Source: Planctomycetota bacterium (lineage in GTDB: Bacteria; Planctomycetota; PLA2; JAEUHO01). From it: a DNA stretch of 64,000 nt. The translations under genes and the position numbers were made by a program. The DNA is taken from NCBI GenBank assembly GCA_965223505.1, contig CBDCWP010000040.1, positions 64,001 through 128,000 on the forward strand. The letters run 5' to 3'. The notes beneath the pieces were generated by a model. It did no database searches. It was not told the origin of the DNA and saw nothing but the letters and a program-made list of their open reading frames with translations. Shown piece by piece: positions 58,521 through 64,000 of the stretch; position 1 is the first letter of the stretch, and each line of letters begins with the position of its first letter.

Positions 58521-59501
58521 CTATCCGATGTTCTCCATCCATCCGACGCAGTTCGTGCCGTGGATGAGACCGACGTTGAGTTGAAGCCCGATTTGCGACT
58601 GGTCGGTTCCGTCCTCGGGCTCGAAGTTGGAGATCACGACGCCGGGCGCATGCGTGCTCGCGATCAGGAAGCCGCGTCCGACCATCGCAGAGAGATTCTC
58701 TCGGAGCGACTCGGGCAGTCCGGCCATGTCGAACTTCATGATCAAGGCATTGCCGTCAGGCACGTAGCTCGACTCGATGACGCGCACGCGGTCGAAGAAC
58801 CACTGCTTCTTGCCCGTTACCGAATCGAGCTCGAGCGTCGAGATCCCGCTGCTGGCCATGAGCTGGACGAACTGAGCGTAGACGTCCTGCGCGAGGACCA
58901 TCGTGTATTGCTCGACGGCGCCCACCTGGACATTGAGCATCTGACGCAGGCACATCAGCCCCTTGAACGACAGCGGCATGCCGCTTCCCTCGGGCGGATC
59001 CTGGACGTTGCTCTCGGCCGTCGCGATGTCGTAGAGGCTTTCCGGCGCGTCAGCGACCGGCGTCGTCGCGAAGAACGACGTGTAGGCAGTGGTCAGCATC
59101 ATCTCTGCCAGAGCACGCAGCGCGACATCGACGACGTTGTAGTCGGACTCGCCGATCTCTACGGCGTCATCGATGGTGATCTTGCACGCGAGCTGGCTCA
59201 GTTCCACTGTGCTTGACTGCCACTGCGGCGGATCCGTGTTGATCGACGTGCCGTCGTTGTTGCTCCAAACGGCGTTCGTAACCCACGCATCGAGATTCGA
59301 CAGCGCCGATACGGACACCTTCGACGTCTCGAACTGTGCCCACGGCAACGGTGCGGCCAGCAGCTCGCGGTCGCTGATGACGAGCCCGGTCTCCTGCGGC
59401 GGCTCGACAACCTGCTCACGATTCCAGATGGCGTTCGGGCGGTAGCCTGGTGTCGAGTAGGAGAAGAGCGCCAGCGCTTCGGACTTGGTGGGACCGGCCA
59501 T
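58521..59501 (-). CDS. Second, divergent HK97-fold capsid/encapsulin-like protein (shell B)
   Basis: N-terminus TKSEALAL parallels shell A TKAQALLL; LLAAPLPW, VELSQLACKITID, FDRVRVIESSYVP, LQLNVGL align positionally with shell A. Confidence 0.6.
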   Translation of the reverse strand: MAGPTKSEALALFSYSTPGYRPNAIWNREQVVEPPQETGLVISDRELLAAPLPWAQFETSKVSVSALSNLDAWVTNAVWSNNDGTSINTDPPQWQSSTVELSQLACKITIDDAVEIGESDYNVVDVALRALAEMMLTTAYTSFFATTPVADAPESLYDIATAESNVQDPPEGSGMPLSFKGLMCLRQMLNVQVGAVEQYTMVLAQDVYAQFVQLMASSGISTLELDSVTGKKQWFFDRVRVIESSYVPDGNALIMKFDMAGLPESLRENLSAMVGRGFLIASTHAPGVVISNFEPEDGTDQSQIGLQLNVGLIHGTNCVGWMENIG

Positions 59502-59578
59502 TTCGAGCACCCGTACGACGACATCGCCTCACCCGTCGTACTCCCGAGGTCAGCCTTGGAAACCCACCTTCTCGACAA

Positions 59579-59677
59579 GCGGGCAACTGCCGGGCAACGT
59601 CCGGGCAACGTCCGGGCAACGACCGGGCAACGACCGGGCAACGTCCGGGCAACGACCGGGCAAGAGCCGGGCAAGCT
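59579..59677. repeat. Nine tandem 11-bp direct repeats, consensus CCGGGCAACG(T/A)
   Basis: Six exact-consensus units at 59590-59655 plus three degenerate flanking units, in a divergent intergenic region. Confidence 0.92.
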
Positions 59678-59738
59678 CCCACGGTCCCGCGGGTTGAGAC
59701 AGCGATATGATCGAGTGATTTCACACTCAGGAGGTCTC

Positions 59739-60227
59739 ATGACCACGAAGCCCATCCTCACGAGAGCTCCCGGCAATCCGTGGTTCGAGACCGAGGACCT
59801 GGCAGGCGACGTGAGCGCCGGAAGGGTCCGGGTCGCGACTATGGTCGGCTTCTCGCTGACCGGCACGGGCACGGCGACGGACGGTGTCTCGTGGGCCACG
59901 GAGCCGGCGCTGATCACGGACCTGGCCTTCTCGGTGACCCCGGCTGCGGCGGGCCTGAACGGCGGCAACCTGTTCATCGAGGTCAATGCCGCGGGGCAGT
60001 CCGCGTTCTCGAGCGCCGACGGCTGGGTCCAGGTGATGCCGACCTACCACTGGCCCGCGGGCGGTGTGCAGGCCTACGAGAGCAACGTGCTGGGCAAGAA
60101 CCACGTCCTGACAGTGTCCGGGACCGGCGTGGCGCGAATTCGCGTAACGGCAACGCACGTTGGCGGTTCCGACGTCGTCGAAGTCTTCGCCGGCGTGACC
60201 GTTCTGGCGGCCAAGCCCACCTGCTAG
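59739..60227 (+). CDS. Hypothetical beta-strand-rich protein (162 aa)
   Basis: CAGGAGG RBS; G/T/V/A-rich alternating pattern; no signal peptide. Confidence 0.7.
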   Translation: MTTKPILTRAPGNPWFETEDLAGDVSAGRVRVATMVGFSLTGTGTATDGVSWATEPALITDLAFSVTPAAAGLNGGNLFIEVNAAGQSAFSSADGWVQVMPTYHWPAGGVQAYESNVLGKNHVLTVSGTGVARIRVTATHVGGSDVVEVFAGVTVLAAKPTC

Positions 60228-60406
60228 ACGAACCCGGCGACCGGGCCCCAAGTGCGATGCGGCACGGCAGGGCCCAGCTGGCGCTCTCCGACTGTCTCGT
60301 TTTGCAACACGGGCACTCGCCCAAGCCGGACGTCCCGCCGCGAAACAGATCGGCCTCCCGCTCGGCTCGCATCGCCGTACGCTGGAGTTGGGAGAGGCGA
60401 AATGGA

Positions 60407-61138
60407 ATGCGTCGGGTTGTTGTCGTAGACGGCGGCGCCTCGATACGAGGCGTATTGGGCGATCTGTTTCGACGTCCGGCCTGGGCGCCGCTCGTCGAAG
60501 TCACTTCCGGCGAGCGCGGGATCCAGGCGCTGCGACTGGCACGCCCTGATCTCTCAATCGTAAACGTCGTACCCGCGATGGAGGCAAGCGCGCTCGATTT
60601 CATTGAGACCGTGCGGCACGATCAACTCCTCGATCGCTGCGCGATCGTCGCGCTGCTGCCTGTCGTCAGTACCGAGTGCGCGAGGCGGTTCCACGAGGGC
60701 GCCGATCTGTGCATGTCGCCTGAGTGGGTCGTCGAGTCGCCGGGGACGTTTCACTCGTTCGTCGAGTGCGTGCTCGAGCGTCGCGACGGTAGTACCACGC
60801 CGGTGTTGCATGTGGATTCGGGGCGGCAAACGGCCAGGTACGGCAACACAGAGCACGCGCTCTCGGAGTGTGAACTCCGCATCCTCTCGCGGATCATCGA
60901 GACGACCGAGAGGGTCGTGACGCATGCGGAGCTGGCGATGGCGATCTCGAGAAGCGACGACGAGAACGGGCGCAAGGCGGTGCGGCGAGCTGTCGCGGGG
61001 ATACGCTCCAAGCTCAAGTCCTGCCCCGGCCTCATCGAAACGGTGTCGGGGGTCGGGTATAGGGCAGGAACGAGGTTTCAGATCCAAGTCGCCCGGTCTT
61101 TCCGGCGACATTCGAGGGCGTTGCGCGGTGACGCGTAG
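60407..61138 (+). CDS. Atypical OmpR/PhoB-family response regulator (pseudo-receiver plus winged helix)
   Basis: VVVVDG, PDLSIVN (Asp replaced by Asn), GADLC without the Lys; wHTH LSECELRIL..VVTHAEL..IETVSGVGYR. Confidence 0.78.
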   Translation: MRRVVVVDGGASIRGVLGDLFRRPAWAPLVEVTSGERGIQALRLARPDLSIVNVVPAMEASALDFIETVRHDQLLDRCAIVALLPVVSTECARRFHEGADLCMSPEWVVESPGTFHSFVECVLERRDGSTTPVLHVDSGRQTARYGNTEHALSECELRILSRIIETTERVVTHAELAMAISRSDDENGRKAVRRAVAGIRSKLKSCPGLIETVSGVGYRAGTRFQIQVARSFRRHSRALRGDA

Positions 61139-61179
61139 GGCCGGACCATAGATGTGCGGTTGACCGGCAAGTGGCCAGA

Positions 61180-61545
61180 CTACGGTTGACCCCACTTCTC
61201 CTGTTCGCGCGTGTAGATCACCGTCATGCCAGTCCTCGAGCACGTGAGTACGTACTCTTGAGAGAAGTCAATATCGAGATCCTCGCCTCGTAGCGCCTGC
61301 CATTGCGCAAGGTAATTGAGCGTGCCGTATTTCCTCTTCTTGATCTTCTCCTCCACGCCTCCCTTCCAACCCAGGACGGGAAGTTCGCCGTTCGCCGCGC
61401 GTTCGGCAAGCTTCGGGTTTTCTAGGCGAAGCCGCCGCCCGACCTCCCAGCAGACGATCAAGCCTCTGTCCGGACCTCTCCAGCGTTCTGCAAGCGGACC
61501 CTCGATGTCAGGGGCGTTGCGGTGTCTTTGAACCCGTCGGCTCAT
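61180..61545 (-). CDS. Hypothetical protein
   Basis: GGAGA RBS before MSRRVQRH; globular-looking composition; lower GC. Confidence 0.55.
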   Translation of the reverse strand: MSRRVQRHRNAPDIEGPLAERWRGPDRGLIVCWEVGRRLRLENPKLAERAANGELPVLGWKGGVEEKIKKRKYGTLNYLAQWQALRGEDLDIDFSQEYVLTCSRTGMTVIYTREQEKWGQP

Positions 61546-61677
61546 GGGCGTCTCTCCAACAGCGATCGCACGGGACCACCTCCGGACAACATAGCGCGAA
61601 CGGCGCACCGCGCCGATACCACGCCTTGGCAAGTTGATGTACGCTGCGGGTGCTGGACTGTGTGAGGGCGCTACGAG

Positions 61678-61890
61678 TTGAATCAGGTTGGCGAGCCGCT
61701 CTTCGTTTCGATCGACTGCGAGACGGCGAACTGCGATCTGCGGAGCATCTGCCAGGTTGGTATCGTTGCTTTCGATTCAGACGGCCCTGTCAAGGAATGG
61801 TCGTCGCTCGTAGATCCCGACGACTGGTTCGACGAGGTGAACATCGAGATACACGGAATCGATGAGAACGCCGTCCGGGACGCGCCCAGC
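61678..61890 (+). pseudogene. N-terminal fragment of a DEDDh 3'-5' exonuclease (DnaQ-like)
   Basis: FVSIDCETAN..SICQVG..LVDP..IHGI..VRDAP, then similarity stops abruptly. Confidence 0.7.
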
Positions 61891-61929
61891 CCGGTCGAGA
61901 GGGCAAGACGCGCAAGCCACTACCTCCCG

Positions 61930-62162
61930 ATCAGGTCGATCGCACGATCCCGGTCATGCCGGAGCGGTGCGCCGGGTGTCGCTCGACACTTCGGCCCGAG
62001 GACGTGGCTGGTGATCCGTTCCGTCATCAGGTCATCGAGATCCCTCCCGTCGTTGCCGAGGTCGTCGAGTACCTCCTGCATGCCCTCAAGTGTAGGCGCT
62101 GCGGCGAGATCACCGCCGCGGACCTGCCCGAGGACGTGCCCAAGCACCCCGCCTCGACGTAG
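61930..62162 (+). pseudogene. IS66 transposase zinc-finger fragment
   Basis: PERCAGC..RHQVIEIPPV..VVEY.LH..CRRCG..A.LP.DVP. Confidence 0.7.
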
Positions 62163-62668
62163 AACGCGAAGCCGCGTGTGACGCACTTGAAGTCCGGCCC
62201 GCCGTTCTTCGGATGTTCGGCCGGCTCGATGTGATCGACGTAGCGCACGAGCCAGCGCCGGCATAGCGCCCCCCAGATCGCTCCCTCGATCATCCGGTCG
62301 TCAGCGAGCCGGCGCCGCCACTGCGTCAGGTAACGCGGCGTGAAGCCCGACAGCCAAGTAGCGTGTTCGTCGATTGTGGGCGCATGGACGCGCCGCAGCT
62401 CGTCCGGCGTGCGCCGACCGGGTCGATCCGTTTGAACCTCGAAGCCGGACTCGCTCCGGTATGGCGCCGTGATCTTGCGGAAGCTCCTCCGCGCGCATCG
62501 AGACCGATGCCGGGCAAGGCTCCGCTTCCTGCGAATGACGGCCGGCCGACGTGCGCACCGGGTCGAAGCCCTTCGGGAGATGCAATCCGTTCGCGCGGAC
62601 ATCGCCGCGGTGAAGGCGGGAGATGCGGAACGACTGCACAACCTTCTGGCTAAACGAGGGCGGTTTCG

Positions 62669-63379
62669 TCAGTAGTCGGTGCGGCAGGCACGGGCTGTAT
62701 TTTCGCGGCGACCCCCGACCATCCGCTTCACGACCTGGACGTGCCAGCACTTGGCGTCGCGGGGATTGCGAGCCTCCGCGATCAGCACGCGCCCGATCCG
62801 GCGCAGCGACAACCCCGCCGCCCGCAGCTCCCGTGCCCGCGCGACCGTGGCCTGCTCGTCGGCATCCTCGACGACCCTTCCGTCCTCGAGCCGGTAGCCA
62901 TAGGGAACGCCCCCGACACGCTCGCCATTCGCTTTCTTGACCGCCAGCGCGGCCTTCGTTCGAGACCGGATGATCGCGCGCTCGTACTGCGCGAACACGT
63001 CGATGACGCCTCTAAGCAGCTGCGCCTCGGGGCCGTCGCCGTTGCCGGTGCCGTCGGCGGACTGCACCCGCGCGCCGTGCCGCTCGCACAGCCGCTCGAC
63101 CAAGGCGGCGGTTAGTACGTCCCGGGCGAGGCGGTCACGCTTCGCCACAACCAGCAGACTGGCGCCTTCGCGCCTTACCGAATCGATCGCAGCGACGAGC
63201 TCGGGTCGCTTCTCGAACGCCGCGCCGCCGGACACGCCACTATCGAAGTGCCAGGCGACGACCACTACATCGTTTCGCTTTGCCCACGTACGGATCGCCT
63301 CGCGCTGTGCCTCGGGTGAGAGGTCCTGGCGGGACGTGGAGCAGCGTAGGTAGGCGATGGCGCAGGTCGGCTCGCTCAT
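62669..63379 (-). CDS. Serine recombinase (resolvase catalytic domain plus short recombinase-like C-terminus)
   Basis: AYLRCSTSRQ catalytic Ser, DSGVSG, RPEL, KRDRLAR, AQYER..IRSRT, GGVPYGY. Confidence 0.92.
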   Translation of the reverse strand: MSEPTCAIAYLRCSTSRQDLSPEAQREAIRTWAKRNDVVVVAWHFDSGVSGGAAFEKRPELVAAIDSVRREGASLLVVAKRDRLARDVLTAALVERLCERHGARVQSADGTGNGDGPEAQLLRGVIDVFAQYERAIIRSRTKAALAVKKANGERVGGVPYGYRLEDGRVVEDADEQATVARARELRAAGLSLRRIGRVLIAEARNPRDAKCWHVQVVKRMVGGRRENTARACRTDY

Positions 63380-63541
63380 GTGGGCCTCCAAGGGCGAGGC
63401 GCATGAGGGCGTTGAGGGCCCGGGAGATCAAGGGAACTCAGCCTGTGGGGCGGCAAGCGCGGGGCGGTTTGTCTGTTTCGCGTCGGATCTGCGCCCGTTC
63501 TCTGTCCGACTCCCGCTTCCGCCTCTACGACGCTTGTCAGC

Positions 63542-63790
63542 TCACTTTTCCCTGGAAGGCTTCACTGGCTCTCGTTTGTCCGCAACGGTGTATCGCTGAT
63601 AGCACTGGGCGCAAGTCAGCTCGATCTTGTTGCGCCGCTGGCTCTTCAGAATGCCAAGAACGTCGGACGGCACATCGGAATCTGTTACTTCAATGTCAAT
63701 CGGCGGTGCATCGAGACGGGGCGGAACTGACGCGTCGCGCACCCACTGAATCTGCCCATCACAACCGTCAAGTCTGCAAGAAAAGTCCAT
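63542..63790 (-). CDS. Small hypothetical Cys-motif (possible Zn-ribbon) protein
   Basis: GGAG RBS; CRLDGC and CAQC. Confidence 0.4.
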   Translation of the reverse strand: MDFSCRLDGCDGQIQWVRDASVPPRLDAPPIDIEVTDSDVPSDVLGILKSQRRNKIELTCAQCYQRYTVADKREPVKPSREK

Positions 63791-63832
63791 GGTGGACTCC
63801 CCGAGGAGCATCATCGCTCACTCGACTTATCT

Positions 63833-64000
63833 GTAAGCGTCCTGTGAACCGCGCCTTGCAGCGTTGTTTCGATCCGTCAGGATTCTCCGTTCTGAACGGA
63901 GATGGCCGATGGCAGCGAAGAAACGGTGGCGCGGCAGAGCGACGTACGAGCGGTTGCTCGAGCAGCGCGCGCGTGAGGGCCTGACGTTTTCTGAACTCGC
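63833..64000 (+). mobile_element. IS66-family element left end with start of tnpA, truncated by window end
   Basis: GTAAGCGTCC terminus typical of IS66; ORF from 63909 MAAKKRWRGRATYERLLEQRAREGLTFSEL resembles the IS66 TnpA HTH. Confidence 0.6.

Larger units (their letters stand above)
47413..64000. mobile_element. Putative tRNA-Leu-integrated genomic island, far boundary beyond the window
   Basis: tRNA 3' fragment at the left edge; more A/T-ending codons in several genes; capsid-like genes, serine recombinase, IS66 pieces. Confidence 0.6.

Noticed and set aside
59579..59677. CRISPR array
   Set aside because: Contiguous 11-bp units with no unique spacers and no cas genes in the window
50971..60227. 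Conventional prophage head/tail module with a tape-measure protein
   Set aside because: No terminase, portal, protease, tail or lysis genes recognised; the large protein ends in a toxin-like tip followed by a small coupled gene. Remnant status cannot be fully excluded
62469..62675. 68-aa plus-strand ORF
   Set aside because: No recognisable motif or RBS; lies in a decayed region

Overview
High-GC bacterial DNA with a Planctomycetota-like gene repertoire (ECF sigma plus WD40 Ser/Thr kinase, MoxR/Bat operon, RRM protein, PEP-CTERM protein, HEAT-repeat proteins); the taxon is inferred. Several genes carry single-base frameshifts that look like long-read assembly errors. Bases 1-47 kb are mostly ordinary genes: FKBP PPIase, epimerase, a C25-protease/small-ORF/CHAT-protease trio, two CarH-like B12 regulators around a DUF523/1722 operon, the Bat operon, a BNR hydrolase, lipid desaturases, a sulfotransferase, minor pilins and an S9 peptidase. 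A 3'-only fragment of tRNA-Leu(CAA) at 47346-47412 probably marks the edge of an integrated island running to the window end. The best candidate for an undescribed system is a six-gene minus-strand operon in that island (59501->50971). It has two divergent HK97-fold capsid/encapsulin-like shell genes with no terminase, portal or tail genes in the window. It also has two Pro-rich proteins, a ~1450-aa coiled-coil protein ending in a polymorphic-toxin-like domain, and a small immunity-like gene. An ~80-aa 'FDPSWG...W(S/Q)(F/Y)RW' domain is shared by one Pro-rich protein and the toxin-like protein. Upstream lie a 9 x 11-bp direct-repeat array, a beta-rich ORF and an atypical OmpR-type regulator. 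The right end holds decayed mobile DNA: exonuclease and IS66 fragments, a serine recombinase and an IS66 left end. All family calls are by motif recognition, not database searches.
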